Virus record (IMG/VR): IMGVR_UViG_3300049740_002155
Direction: 5' to 3' (one strand)
Source of the DNA: a virus
Taxonomy: Duplodnaviria; Caudoviricetes
Length of the DNA: 64,000 nucleotides
Shown: one piece after another, positions 28,795 through 39,270 of the stretch
How positions within the stretch are numbered: the first letter of the stretch is position 1
How the letters are laid out: every line of letters begins with the position of its first letter
Translations under genes and position numbers: made by a program
The notes under the pieces: generated by a model
What the model saw: the letters and a program-made list of their open reading frames with translations, nothing else
Databases searched by the model: none
What the model was told of the DNA's origin: nothing

Positions 28795-29724
28795 ATGAGT
28801 GATGATAAATCAGTAGAATTACCTCCTGAGGTAAAGCAAGCATTACAACGTGATGCTAATGAACAAAAACAAGCAAATAAGAATTTGCAAGAAACGAATA
28901 TAAATCAACAAACTCAGTCGACACAGACATTTACTCAACAAACAGATTCTCCCAAGAAGTTTGAGTTTCCAAGTGAGGTAGTTGATTTGCCAAGTCAAGG
29001 TTGGTTTTATGATCCAACATCTCCATTGGCAAGTGGAAAAATTGATATTAAATACATGACTGCACGTGAGGAAGATATTCTTACGAGTCAGAATCTTATT
29101 AAGAAGGGTGTTGTTCTTGATAAATTGCTTGAAGCACTTATCGTTACACCGAATGTAAAACTTAATGAAATTTTGGTCGGAGATAAAAATGCTATATTTG
29201 TGGCTGCTCGTATTCTTGCGTATGGAAAAGACTATAAAGTAAAATTTAAAGACCCATCAAATAACGAAGATGTAGAAGACACGATTGATTTATCAAAAAT
29301 CGAACCAAAGGAATTTGATTTTGAACAATATGATCGTGGTTCTAATTTGTTTTCGTTTGAACTTCCATTTAGCAAAAAAAATATTCATTGGAGTTTGTTA
29401 ACACACCAAGACGAACAGAATATTGATGCTGAATTGAAAAGCATGAAAAAGTTTTCAAAGAATAAACACGAAACAACCGAGGTAACTACTCGTTTAAAGT
29501 ATGTTATCAAAGCAATTGACGGAGACGAAGACAAAACTAAAATCAAGCAGTTTGTTGATCGTGACCTTCTTGCACGTGATAGTTTGGCATTTCGTGAGTA
29601 TATTAAAGAAAATACACCTGACTTGGATATGACATTTAACTTTGAATCGGAAGACACCGGATATACTGAAAGGATGACGATCCCACTTGGGGTCGACTTT
29701 TTTTACCCTTCCAGCCGAGTATAA
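28795..29724 (+). CDS. Baseplate hub assembly / tail assembly chaperone (T4 gp26-like; lambda-G analogue)
   Basis: LPSQG, YMTAREEDILTSQNLIKKG, GDKNAIFVAARILAYG, terminal IPLGVDFFYP. Confidence 0.75.
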   Translation: MSDDKSVELPPEVKQALQRDANEQKQANKNLQETNINQQTQSTQTFTQQTDSPKKFEFPSEVVDLPSQGWFYDPTSPLASGKIDIKYMTAREEDILTSQNLIKKGVVLDKLLEALIVTPNVKLNEILVGDKNAIFVAARILAYGKDYKVKFKDPSNNEDVEDTIDLSKIEPKEFDFEQYDRGSNLFSFELPFSKKNIHWSLLTHQDEQNIDAELKSMKKFSKNKHETTEVTTRLKYVIKAIDGDEDKTKIKQFVDRDLLARDSLAFREYIKENTPDLDMTFNFESEDTGYTERMTIPLGVDFFYPSSRV

Positions 29725-29968
29725 GGTTCAACTTCACGAAGAGATTTTTAATCTCTCGTATTATAGTCAAGGTGGATTTACACAAGATGTTGTGTATAAT
29801 CTTCCGATTTATCTTAGAAGATTTTATATCAAGAAATTGGTGGATGTCCGAAAGAAAGAAAATGAAGAAGCAGAAAAAGCACAAGCAAAAGCAAAGTCTG
29901 GTGCAAGAACACCATCTAAACCTTCTACGTCAAGACCAAGTATGCCTAGTCGCAGAACATACAGATAA
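29699..29968 (+). CDS. +1-frame extension of the chaperone (gp51-like / lambda-T analogue), probably reached by frameshift
   Basis: Frame opens across the T7 run (29698-29704): FFTLPAEYK...YNLPIYLRRFYIKKL; only a TTG candidate start at 29687. Confidence 0.65.
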   Translation, partial: FFTLPAEYKVQLHEEIFNLSYYSQGGFTQDVVYNLPIYLRRFYIKKLVDVRKKENEEAEKAQAKAKSGARTPSKPSTSRPSMPSRRTYR

Positions 29969-30002
29969 CCTTTCATAAAGTAACTTAAATTACAGAAGTC
30001 GT

Positions 30003-30010
30003 ATATTTAT
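30003..30010 (+). promoter_or_regulatory. ATATTTAT motif upstream of 30057/tape measure
   Basis: Intergenic; a second TATTTATA at 30030-30037. Confidence 0.5.
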
Positions 30011-30056
30011 CAATATATACGACTTTTTGTATTTATAACCTACACTTAAAAACAAT

Positions 30057-30359
30057 ATGGAAAAGAAACAATTATCAGAAGAGCAACAATTAAATGAATT
30101 TGTTGGAAAAATTGCGGCCGCAATGTTTACTAAAAAAGCAGACAAAATTGTAAAAGCAACAAAAAACAATCCAAAAATTTATAATGCCTTATCACAATAT
30201 AAAAAAGACCTTGAAGATTTTCGTGCGAGAATGAAAAAATTAGGAGTAAGCAGTTCAGAAGATTTAATAGCTGCGGTTAACAAGGACCCGAATGTTCCAA
30301 ACATAGAAGATCCAAGAGATAGACGAAAAAGAATAAGACGTGAACTTGGTCTTGACTAA
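30057..30359 (+). CDS. Hypothetical protein
   Basis: 100-aa ORF before the tape measure; QLNE motif. Confidence 0.6.
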   Translation: MEKKQLSEEQQLNEFVGKIAAAMFTKKADKIVKATKNNPKIYNALSQYKKDLEDFRARMKKLGVSSSEDLIAAVNKDPNVPNIEDPRDRRKRIRRELGLD

Positions 30360-30375
30360 CTAAAGTAATCAAATT

Positions 30376-33300
30376 GTGGCAGATTTAGATGACATCAAGG
30401 ATGATTTAAAGGATGTAGTAGATATATCCAAAATGATTTCTGGTGTCATGGCAGGTGACGTAGAAACTTCCTTGGGTGGAGTTGATGACAAAGTAAAAGA
30501 AATTCAAGGTGCGATATCCGATGCATACGAAACAGGTCAAACGTTTACTATTGAAAATACTACATTTGATACAATGCAAAGAATGCTTGGTAATTCACAA
30601 ACAATACTTGCAAATACAATTCCACTAGCAACTCAATTTACAGAACAATTGATGGGTGCATCGGATACGGCAGAAATGCTTACAAGTATTCAGGATGCAG
30701 GAACTCAGTTTCAACAACAAAAAGTTGATTTACAAAATGAATTAACTACAAATACAGGACTTACGGCAAATAAAGTTGATGAAATACAAGCAAAACTTGC
30801 TCAATTTAGTGAAGTTGAAAAATTCCTTCAATCTTTAGAATCATCGGTGTCTGCAACAAGTAATTTAGATGATGCTATAAATGTTGCGTATGGTTCTATG
30901 GAAACTTTTATAGATACTCAAACTACATCACTCGAAAAAGTAAATGCGTTACAGGATGAATTAAGACGCATAGAATCAGCTGTAACTGATATAAGTTCAA
31001 AAACAATTTCATTTAATCCGGTGGTGGATACAAGTGCATTGACAAATGCTTCGGAAAAAATAAAAGAAATTGAGAGCAATGTAGCAGGTGGTAACATTAT
31101 GGCAAACCTGGAAATAACAGGTGATAATGAAATAGAAAAATTAAAAGGGGATTTGGCAGCCGCACAAAACGGAGCAACAGCACTATCAGACGCCGCAAAC
31201 GATTTTCGTAAAAGTTTAATAGGAGTATCAACAGAAAGTGAAGCACTTGCTAAAATTGAAGATGCTAGAAAAATTGCAAACCAAACAATAAGTGAAATTA
31301 CCTCAGCTATGCCATCACAACAAGCCGCAGTAGATTCCGCAAGCAAAACACTTGAAATTGAAAAAGCAAGACTTAATGCGTTACCTGCAGGAACCTTAGC
31401 ATATGAAACACAAAAAGCACGAATGGAAGAAGTGGAAGTAACCCACATACGAGCAGTTAATGCAGTAAAATCCCAACAAGCAGAATTGGCAGAGGTTCAA
31501 CGATTCGGAAAAGATTATCTTGATCAACAATCCATGTCGTTGGCCAATGCGGAAAATATTGCATCTGGTATTGCAGAAATAAAAGGAAATACATCCGATT
31601 TAATTTCTGAAACGAGTAATTATCAAACCGAACTACAAAAATCTCAAGATAAACTAGATCAATATGGAGAGAAATATCGTAAACTTGTTAAAGAACTAGG
31701 TCCTACATTTGATTCAGCTGCAAAAGGAATAGATTCAGCAAAGGAAAGTATATTGGGTATTGCTGGTAGTATTCCAATATTTGGTGGAATGATAGAAAAC
31801 AATTTAAGAAAACCTTTTGAAGATGCTTCTAAAGAAATAACATTAGGATTGGGAGAAGGATTTAAAGCATTTACACAAGTTATATCAGACAAAGGTTCGG
31901 TGACAGATGCAATGACCGCAGGTTTTGAAAAAATGTCACAGGCAATCAAATCTGCCGGTGCAGCTTTGAAAGCTGCTTTCTCGGGTCCTATGTTATTGAT
32001 TGGAAGTATTTTGTTGTTAATTGGAATGGCAGTAAAACGATTCATGGATTTGGAAGCAAAATCTCTTGAATTTCGTCAAGAACTTGGATTGGCTGCGGAT
32101 TCAACGAAAGATATAGAATCAGCAGCTGCCGATGTCAATCGTGAATTGGCAGGATTCGGTGTAACACTTGATCACGCATACGAAGCCGCAAATGCTTTAA
32201 CCCGTGAACTTGGTTCTACGATGCTCGTTACCAAAGAGCAAATAAAAATGGTTTCAATGATGAACGCAGGATTAGGAATATCTGCGGAAAATGCAGTTGG
32301 TGTTTATGAAGTATTTAAAAATCTAAGTGGTGGTTCATCTGAAGTTGCAAAGAATTTGAGTTTGACAACGGTTGCATTAAGTACGGCTGCGGGTGTACCA
32401 CTTGACGATGTAATGGGTGATATAGCAGGTGCTTCAGAAACAGTTTATGCAATGTCACGTGGAACTGGTGTAGAGTTAGCAGTTGCAGCCATTGAGGCAC
32501 GTCGTTTGGGAACTAACATTGAAAGCATTTCAAGTGCAATGGAACAACAACTTGATTTTGAAAGTAGTATTACCAACGAAATGAAAATGGCAAGTATGCT
32601 TGGTCAGCACATTAGCATGGATGCAATGCGTCAGGCTGCTTTTGCAGGAGATCAAGTAAGATACATGGAAGAACAACAAAAAGTCATGGCACAAATAGGT
32701 GATCTGTCTGAAATGAATATGTATCAAAGAAAATCAATCGCAGCTGCTATGGGCATGGAAGTTGGTGAATTGATGAAAATGCAAACTCAAACCAAAGCAT
32801 TGGCTGCATTAGAGAACGGAACTGCGGAACAAAGAAAAGCACTTGCGGAATACCAAAAACAAAGAAATGCGGCTTTAGCAGGAGAAACAAAAAGTCTTGC
32901 AGAGCAAGGCATGGAAATTTTAAAACAACAACAAGCAGAAAATGTTCGTACACGAATGGCAGCCGCATTCAATGAACTGGTAACAGAACTTGGAAGTGTA
33001 TTATTACCGGTCGTTGAATCTGCAATGAATATTCTCGTTCCAATTGTTTCAACACTTGTAAAAGGATTCGCAAAACTTTTAGTTGTAGTTGAACTACTAA
33101 TGCAACCATTTATTTTTATAGGAAATATTATAAGTGCAATTACAGGTGATACGGAAGGATTGAAAAAACAATTTGATGGTGTGGGGGCAGCCGCATTTGC
33201 TATCGGAGGTATTTTACTGGCCGCATTTACCCCTCTTGGTGGAATGCTAGGAAAATTTCTTGGAAAAATTCCATTAATCGGAGGTGCATTAGAGAAAGTT

Positions 33301-36300
33301 TTCTCAACAGGTTCATCTGCCGGAGAAAAAATGTTTGGAAAATTATCTGATAAAATGAGTTCATTATTTGGTGGTGACGCCGAAGATGCATCTGATGGAT
33401 TTTTCAGTGGAATGAAAAACAAAGTAAAAGGTATGTTTGGTGGAGCAGGACCTGAAGTACCAGGACCTTTAAAGAAAGATGGAACTCCTGATATGCGTTT
33501 CAAAGCAAACAAAGAATCAATGAAACCAAGTATTCCTGATTTATCAGACGATGCAGTACCTGATGTTGATCCCAAAAAGGGAGATAAATTTAAAGAGTTC
33601 ATTGAAAAATTTAATCAAATAGATATGACACAAATTATTAAAGCAGCCGCAGCTTTAGTAATATTATCAGCCGCACTTTATGTAACTGCAAAAGCATTGA
33701 ATGAATTTAATACGGTAGAGTGGTCATCACTGGTAAAAGGAACTCTTGCATTAGGAATATTGATAGGTGGGTTATATGCACTATCACAGGTTTTAGATAA
33801 AGCAAAAAGTTCGTTAATCAAAGGAGCAGCTGCGTTGCTAATTATGGGTGCAGCCTTGATACCAGTTGCATATGCGTTTAATTTAATGGGATCAATTGAT
33901 TTTGTTTCTGTTTTACTTGCAGGAACTGCGATTGCAGGATTTGCAGTAATGGCTGCGGTACTTGGTTATGTTGCACCTTATATAATAGCAGGTTCCATTG
34001 CACTTGCAGTTTTAGGAGTGGCATTGATACCTGCGGCTGTTGCATTTAATTTATTCGGTGCAGTCAATTGGGGAAGTGTGTTCCTTGGTATTCTTGCAAT
34101 CGGTGTTTTAGCAGTTGCGGCTGCTTTCATGGGAAGTGTAGCACCTTTAATTATTGCTGGTGCTATTGCAATAGGTGCATTGGGTCTTGCATTAATTCCA
34201 TTTGGAATTGCAGCCATACTTGCAGGTGCTGGAATGGCATTAATAGGATTTGGAATACAACTGATGGTCACTGGTCTTGATCAATTGAATGCAGGACATA
34301 TATTAATGCTATACGGACTTGCCGGTGCTATATTCATGTTTGCGTTGTTGTCACCTGTTATTTTAATTGCAGGATATAGTATGCTTGTATTCTCGGCAGC
34401 CTTGGCATTGGCAGGAATTGGAGTTATGATTTTTGGGTTTGCCATGAGTCTTGTAGTTGAAACATTAAAAGAATTACCAGCAGCTGCCGGTGGACTTTTT
34501 GTTTTTGCTGTGGCACTTGCAATGCTTGCACCACTTACACCATTAATTTTATTAACTGCCGGTGCGTTGTTATTTTTGGGAGTGGCAATGCTTCCACTTG
34601 CGATGAGTATGGTAATTTTAGGAGCAGGTATTGCTTTACTTGGACTTGGATTTCAAATGCTTAGAGATTCAAATGCAGCCGGAATGTTAGTTGAATTGGG
34701 ATTTGCGATGTCATTTATTGCAATGATGTCACCATTTATTGTAGTAGGTGCGGCTGCGTTGACGATTTTAACTGCGGTATTATTACCATTCAGTATTGCA
34801 GTTGCGGTTGCTGGACTTGGAATGATGTTATTTGGTATAGGTTTGAATTTAACTGCGGAAGCACTTATTAAATTAGGTGATGGAGCAAAATATTTAATTG
34901 GTTTTGCAATAGCAGTAAGCATTGTAGGTGCAATGCTTCCATTAATTATATTAGGTGCAATTGCTATGGTAATATTGGCAACTGCTTTAATACCACTTGG
35001 AGTGGCTGCCATGATTGCAGGTGTGGGTCTTATGGCAGTGGGTGTGGGTATGGATTTGATGGCATCTGCACTTGAAGACTTGGATGTAGGAAAACTTTTA
35101 GGATTAGCATTTACATTTGCAATTATGGGTTCAATGATTCCATTAATATTACTTGGTGCAATCGCAATGGGAATTATGGCAACCGCAATGATACCATTAG
35201 CAGTTGCAGCCGCAGTTGCAGGAATTGGTATGTATATGTTTGCATCAGCATTTGAAATACTTGCGGATTCGTTGTCCAAAGTAACACCTGAATCTGTATT
35301 ATCTTTAATTGGTCTTGGTGTAGCAATGATGTTCTTGGGAGCAATGGCACCGTTTGCAATACTTGCTTCATTAGCACTCGCAGTATTTGCAATTGGTTTG
35401 GGTGCGTTTGGTATAGCAGCCGCAATCGTTGCTCCGTCAATGGATATTTTAGCAAAAGGATTTGCTATCTTAGCACTATCACTTGAGCATATAGCAGCCA
35501 CGGCAATGCCAGCATTGGTAGGATTGACTTTACTTGGACTAATAAGTCCATTATTGTTTGTGGCAGCTGCGGGTATGGCTGCTCTTGCAATTCCTACTTT
35601 ATTATTCGGTGCAATAGCCGGTTTAGTTGCACCTTCGATTTTGTTACTATCTGGTGCATTTTATGTTTTGTGTGAATCATTGAAAAAAATTGGTGAAGAA
35701 GGTACACTTGCATTGGTTTCACTGATGGGTCTTGCATTATTAGCACCACTATTGCTCGTAGCAGCTGCTGGTATAACTGCGGTTGGTGCATCTATGATGG
35801 CACTTGCATTTGGACTATTCTTCTTGGATGAAGATGATGTGGCTGTGCTTGGAATATTAGGTGAAGCAATGGCTAATATAGGCAAAGGAGCAAAAGACCT
35901 TGATATAACTTCATTTACAGAAGCACTTACGACTTTAGTTGATGATTCGTTCTTGTCCGGCATTTATTTATTGGGTGATGCAATAATGTATTTGGGAATG
36001 GCATTAAGTTCATTGCCAACAGAAAAAATGCAATTATTTGTAGATATGACTGCATCTTCCGAAGGAGCAATGAGTGGAGTACCAACGGGAGGTACACCAG
36101 CACCTGCAATGTCCACAACTATTCAACCACCAGTAGAAGAAGAAAGTGGTGGATTCTTGGGAGGGTTGTTCGGTGGATTATTTGGAGAAGAAGCAACCAC
36201 AGAAGCAGCCACAGAAGCATCTACGATTATCCAAACCCAAAAAGCAATTGTAATTTCAGAAGGAACTAGTGGTGATGAGGGTGGTATGGGTACAGAATCA

Positions 36301-36699
36301 ATTGGTGCTTCTGTTACACCACCAACTGGTGAGGGAGGAGGTTTTCTTGGTGGACTATTTGACGGATTATTCGGAGGAGAAGATAAAGCAGCCGAGACTT
36401 CAACGATTATTCAAACACAAAAAGCAATTGTAATTTCAGAAGGTGGTGGGGAATCACCACAAGAACAACTTGATATGCCAACTGGTACAGATGCAGGTGG
36501 TGGAGATTCATCTTTGGCAGAAATTATTGCTCAGATAGTAAATGCACCTGCACAAAACAACGCAGCTACAGGAGGTGGAGATAGTGCTGGTGTAGAAGCA
36601 AAACTTGATGAACTTATAGATTTAATGAAATCTGGCAAAATCGGTGTACATATGGATGGTAGAAAAGTTGAATCTCAACTTGCAAGAGTAGCACCATAA
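30376..36699 (+). CDS. Tape measure protein
   Basis: 2107 aa, GTG start; helical/coiled-coil N-half, long Ala/Gly/Leu hydrophobic repeats, C-terminal VHMDGRKV; follows tube and chaperone genes. Confidence 0.88.
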   Translation: MADLDDIKDDLKDVVDISKMISGVMAGDVETSLGGVDDKVKEIQGAISDAYETGQTFTIENTTFDTMQRMLGNSQTILANTIPLATQFTEQLMGASDTAEMLTSIQDAGTQFQQQKVDLQNELTTNTGLTANKVDEIQAKLAQFSEVEKFLQSLESSVSATSNLDDAINVAYGSMETFIDTQTTSLEKVNALQDELRRIESAVTDISSKTISFNPVVDTSALTNASEKIKEIESNVAGGNIMANLEITGDNEIEKLKGDLAAAQNGATALSDAANDFRKSLIGVSTESEALAKIEDARKIANQTISEITSAMPSQQAAVDSASKTLEIEKARLNALPAGTLAYETQKARMEEVEVTHIRAVNAVKSQQAELAEVQRFGKDYLDQQSMSLANAENIASGIAEIKGNTSDLISETSNYQTELQKSQDKLDQYGEKYRKLVKELGPTFDSAAKGIDSAKESILGIAGSIPIFGGMIENNLRKPFEDASKEITLGLGEGFKAFTQVISDKGSVTDAMTAGFEKMSQAIKSAGAALKAAFSGPMLLIGSILLLIGMAVKRFMDLEAKSLEFRQELGLAADSTKDIESAAADVNRELAGFGVTLDHAYEAANALTRELGSTMLVTKEQIKMVSMMNAGLGISAENAVGVYEVFKNLSGGSSEVAKNLSLTTVALSTAAGVPLDDVMGDIAGASETVYAMSRGTGVELAVAAIEARRLGTNIESISSAMEQQLDFESSITNEMKMASMLGQHISMDAMRQAAFAGDQVRYMEEQQKVMAQIGDLSEMNMYQRKSIAAAMGMEVGELMKMQTQTKALAALENGTAEQRKALAEYQKQRNAALAGETKSLAEQGMEILKQQQAENVRTRMAAAFNELVTELGSVLLPVVESAMNILVPIVSTLVKGFAKLLVVVELLMQPFIFIGNIISAITGDTEGLKKQFDGVGAAAFAIGGILLAAFTPLGGMLGKFLGKIPLIGGALEKVFSTGSSAGEKMFGKLSDKMSSLFGGDAEDASDGFFSGMKNKVKGMFGGAGPEVPGPLKKDGTPDMRFKANKESMKPSIPDLSDDAVPDVDPKKGDKFKEFIEKFNQIDMTQIIKAAAALVILSAALYVTAKALNEFNTVEWSSLVKGTLALGILIGGLYALSQVLDKAKSSLIKGAAALLIMGAALIPVAYAFNLMGSIDFVSVLLAGTAIAGFAVMAAVLGYVAPYIIAGSIALAVLGVALIPAAVAFNLFGAVNWGSVFLGILAIGVLAVAAAFMGSVAPLIIAGAIAIGALGLALIPFGIAAILAGAGMALIGFGIQLMVTGLDQLNAGHILMLYGLAGAIFMFALLSPVILIAGYSMLVFSAALALAGIGVMIFGFAMSLVVETLKELPAAAGGLFVFAVALAMLAPLTPLILLTAGALLFLGVAMLPLAMSMVILGAGIALLGLGFQMLRDSNAAGMLVELGFAMSFIAMMSPFIVVGAAALTILTAVLLPFSIAVAVAGLGMMLFGIGLNLTAEALIKLGDGAKYLIGFAIAVSIVGAMLPLIILGAIAMVILATALIPLGVAAMIAGVGLMAVGVGMDLMASALEDLDVGKLLGLAFTFAIMGSMIPLILLGAIAMGIMATAMIPLAVAAAVAGIGMYMFASAFEILADSLSKVTPESVLSLIGLGVAMMFLGAMAPFAILASLALAVFAIGLGAFGIAAAIVAPSMDILAKGFAILALSLEHIAATAMPALVGLTLLGLISPLLFVAAAGMAALAIPTLLFGAIAGLVAPSILLLSGAFYVLCESLKKIGEEGTLALVSLMGLALLAPLLLVAAAGITAVGASMMALAFGLFFLDEDDVAVLGILGEAMANIGKGAKDLDITSFTEALTTLVDDSFLSGIYLLGDAIMYLGMALSSLPTEKMQLFVDMTASSEGAMSGVPTGGTPAPAMSTTIQPPVEEESGGFLGGLFGGLFGEEATTEAATEASTIIQTQKAIVISEGTSGDEGGMGTESIGASVTPPTGEGGGFLGGLFDGLFGGEDKAAETSTIIQTQKAIVISEGGGESPQEQLDMPTGTDAGGGDSSLAEIIAQIVNAPAQNNAATGGGDSAGVEAKLDELIDLMKSGKIGVHMDGRKVESQLARVAP
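36221..36443 (+). repeat. In-frame duplication at 180-nt spacing (TIIQTQKAIVISEG, each preceded by GGFLGGLF)
   Basis: acgattatccaaacccaaaaagcaattgtaatttcagaagg versus acgattattcaaacacaaaaagcaattgtaatttcagaagg. Confidence 0.85.
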
Positions 36700-36721
36700 C
36701 CTTCAAAAAAAATATATTGTT

Positions 36722-36730
36722 GTATTTATA
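36722..36730 (+). promoter_or_regulatory. GTATTTATA variant motif before ATG 36737
   Basis: Intergenic; no SD. Confidence 0.5.
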
Positions 36731-36736
36731 TATAAC

Positions 36737-39268
36737 ATGGCTAGTTGGATTTCAAAAATGTTTCCTGATCTGTTTGGAGGTAGTTCAAATACACAATCTT
36801 CAAGCGATTTTAGAGAATTTGAAAATTCTAAAAGTAGACCAAGTACAAAATACGGAGGTAGTTTAAACGAACGGCTTGATCGTGGGCAAACTATATATAG
36901 AAGTGGTGTTCCATCTCCTGGTGCAAAATCACCAAGTATAGATGACCAAACAAGAAATTTAGACACCCGTGGAACTGGTAAAGGTGTAAACTTTTTTGGA
37001 TATGGTCAAGATACAAAAGCAAATCCATTGGGAGATGCGGTTAATATTTCAACAAATCCATCTGCAACAGGTCGGGTAAAAATATCTGGATTTACCACAA
37101 AAGCATCTCCAAAAATGATTTCTGATTATGGTGGAGGTGAAAATGACGATTCGGTAAAAATAGCTGCGGACAAAAGTGTTTATAGAAATGATCTAAATCC
37201 ACGAAGTTATGGTCGTGAATTTACAAGTAAGGGAATTAGAACTCAAGGTGAATCTGGATTTGAATCGGCATATATTGATAAAGGAACAGAACCCATTGAT
37301 AATTCACGTGAAGTTCAACGAAAAATGGATTTCGTTTCGTATGGTGAAGCATTAGATGGTCAAGGTGATGGTTATGTATCCTATAAGTTTAGTCAAGAGT
37401 ATACAAACTTAAATACAGGTCCTTATGCTAAACCTACAATGGAAACTTGGGTACCGTACCCAGCATACGGTAATATCAATGAATATAAATATCTACCACG
37501 TTTGCAAGGTTTAACAAATAATGATCTTGGAAAAACTTTGTCAGTCGGTAATATAGGTGGTCCTTTTGATAAATTATCGGCAGGTGGTGGTTCGGATGGG
37601 GGAACTAATCCTGCAAATGAAAAAAGACGCATAGTTTCTGCATTAACAAAGCAATCCGGAGATATAGGTTCGGCTGTGGTGGACACGGGTGGTAGTTTTG
37701 TTGAAGTAGAAAATTCATCAATTTCTAATTCATCCCCTCTTTTGGTAGGGAAAACATGGGGAGCACCTTTATCTGTAAACAAAAACTTCAAAGATCAATA
37801 TGAAATTATAAGTAAACCACCAACGGGTGAAGGAAAAGCAACGGAAGAAATGCAAAGTCGTGGTGATAATCGTGTAAACGGAGTAGTTACACCAGTCCCT
37901 AGTACCAATGCCGAACATTCAAAAATTTTGTCACGGGTCGGTATGAGTCTTACGGACAGAATAAATAATCCTTATCATAAAACTAAAAAATCACCACCTG
38001 GTTCTGCTGAAGAACAACAAGGTAATAACGATAAAGGTGAACAATCATTACCAAGAAGTAAAGCAGTATCTTATGTAGATTTGGGTATAGGTAAAAGTGT
38101 TGAAACTATAAGACTAGATGAGTCATTGAAAAAGTTCGGAACGTCATATACTGATAAATTGCGACAAATAGGACAACTCGGTGATTCTGCTGATTTAAAA
38201 GTATATAACGATATTAAAAGTTTAGTGGATTTAAAGCAATTGGCAGAATCATCATTCAATCGCAGGACTAAAGAAAGTGCAGATTTACAGTCACCTGATT
38301 CGGGTCCTACCAGTAAAACATATAATCAAAGATTTTTAGAAAATCCATATCATTTAAATAAAAGAAATATACCAAATTATACAGGTATAGATAGAAAAGA
38401 CCCATTTAATTTAAAAAGTGTATTAGATGCGGAAGATCATTCAATGAACACAGAACCTGATTTTGCAAGTCAGGATTTTATTTCACTTTATTGGCACGAT
38501 TTAGTAAATAAAAAATATATACCTTTTCGTGCATTTATTACTGGAATGAGTGATCAAGCAGATGCAACTTGGCAAAATGTACAATACTTAGGACGTGCAG
38601 ATTCAGTTCACATATACCAGGGTTTTACACGACAATTATCGTGTGATGTACGGGTAGTTGCTCTTAGTATCGAGGAACTACACCCAATGTGGCAACGAAT
38701 TAATTATATGGTAGGACTAACAAAACCAGCTTCCTATACGGAACATGGATTTATCATTCCACCGTTTGTTAGATTTAATTTAGGAGATATATATCGTAAT
38801 CAACCTGTCTTAGTAACAAGTGTTGCAGTTGAGATACCAGCAGAAGCATCCTGGGAACTCGTAAACAACGAAAAAGCAAATGGTCAAGCAGAACGAGACA
38901 AATACGAATTTGCCGCCGGTGATATTAAAAGGAATAATGTTAAGGTTGCAAAATATCCAACAACGTGTGATTTAAAAGTAAGCATGACTGTACTGGAAAA
39001 ATTTACTCCAGAGACAAAGGAAAATCACTTTGGTAATCATCCACTTCATGCAGGTGTGGGAAATGGTTTTAATCAAACATTGACAAAATACGATAATAAC
39101 ACGCAAGATACACAACAAACAACACAGGCACAACAACAATCGGCACAAAGAGGACTAAATGCAGATCAAAATGCATCAAGACAAAGAACTCAAGAAGAAA
39201 GGCAAAACTCATTGTCATCGAGTTCACGAAGAAGTATTCTTGCTAATGTGGCACGAAACGGAATTTAA
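36737..39268 (+). CDS. Baseplate/tail-tube initiator-like protein (gp48/gp54-like C-terminal domain) with long low-complexity N-terminus
   Basis: IPFRAFITGMSD...WQNVQYLGRAD...YQGFTRQLS...PPFVRFNLGD; synteny after the tape measure. Confidence 0.6.
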   Translation: MASWISKMFPDLFGGSSNTQSSSDFREFENSKSRPSTKYGGSLNERLDRGQTIYRSGVPSPGAKSPSIDDQTRNLDTRGTGKGVNFFGYGQDTKANPLGDAVNISTNPSATGRVKISGFTTKASPKMISDYGGGENDDSVKIAADKSVYRNDLNPRSYGREFTSKGIRTQGESGFESAYIDKGTEPIDNSREVQRKMDFVSYGEALDGQGDGYVSYKFSQEYTNLNTGPYAKPTMETWVPYPAYGNINEYKYLPRLQGLTNNDLGKTLSVGNIGGPFDKLSAGGGSDGGTNPANEKRRIVSALTKQSGDIGSAVVDTGGSFVEVENSSISNSSPLLVGKTWGAPLSVNKNFKDQYEIISKPPTGEGKATEEMQSRGDNRVNGVVTPVPSTNAEHSKILSRVGMSLTDRINNPYHKTKKSPPGSAEEQQGNNDKGEQSLPRSKAVSYVDLGIGKSVETIRLDESLKKFGTSYTDKLRQIGQLGDSADLKVYNDIKSLVDLKQLAESSFNRRTKESADLQSPDSGPTSKTYNQRFLENPYHLNKRNIPNYTGIDRKDPFNLKSVLDAEDHSMNTEPDFASQDFISLYWHDLVNKKYIPFRAFITGMSDQADATWQNVQYLGRADSVHIYQGFTRQLSCDVRVVALSIEELHPMWQRINYMVGLTKPASYTEHGFIIPPFVRFNLGDIYRNQPVLVTSVAVEIPAEASWELVNNEKANGQAERDKYEFAAGDIKRNNVKVAKYPTTCDLKVSMTVLEKFTPETKENHFGNHPLHAGVGNGFNQTLTKYDNNTQDTQQTTQAQQQSAQRGLNADQNASRQRTQEERQNSLSSSSRRSILANVARNGI

Positions 39269-39270
39269 TT

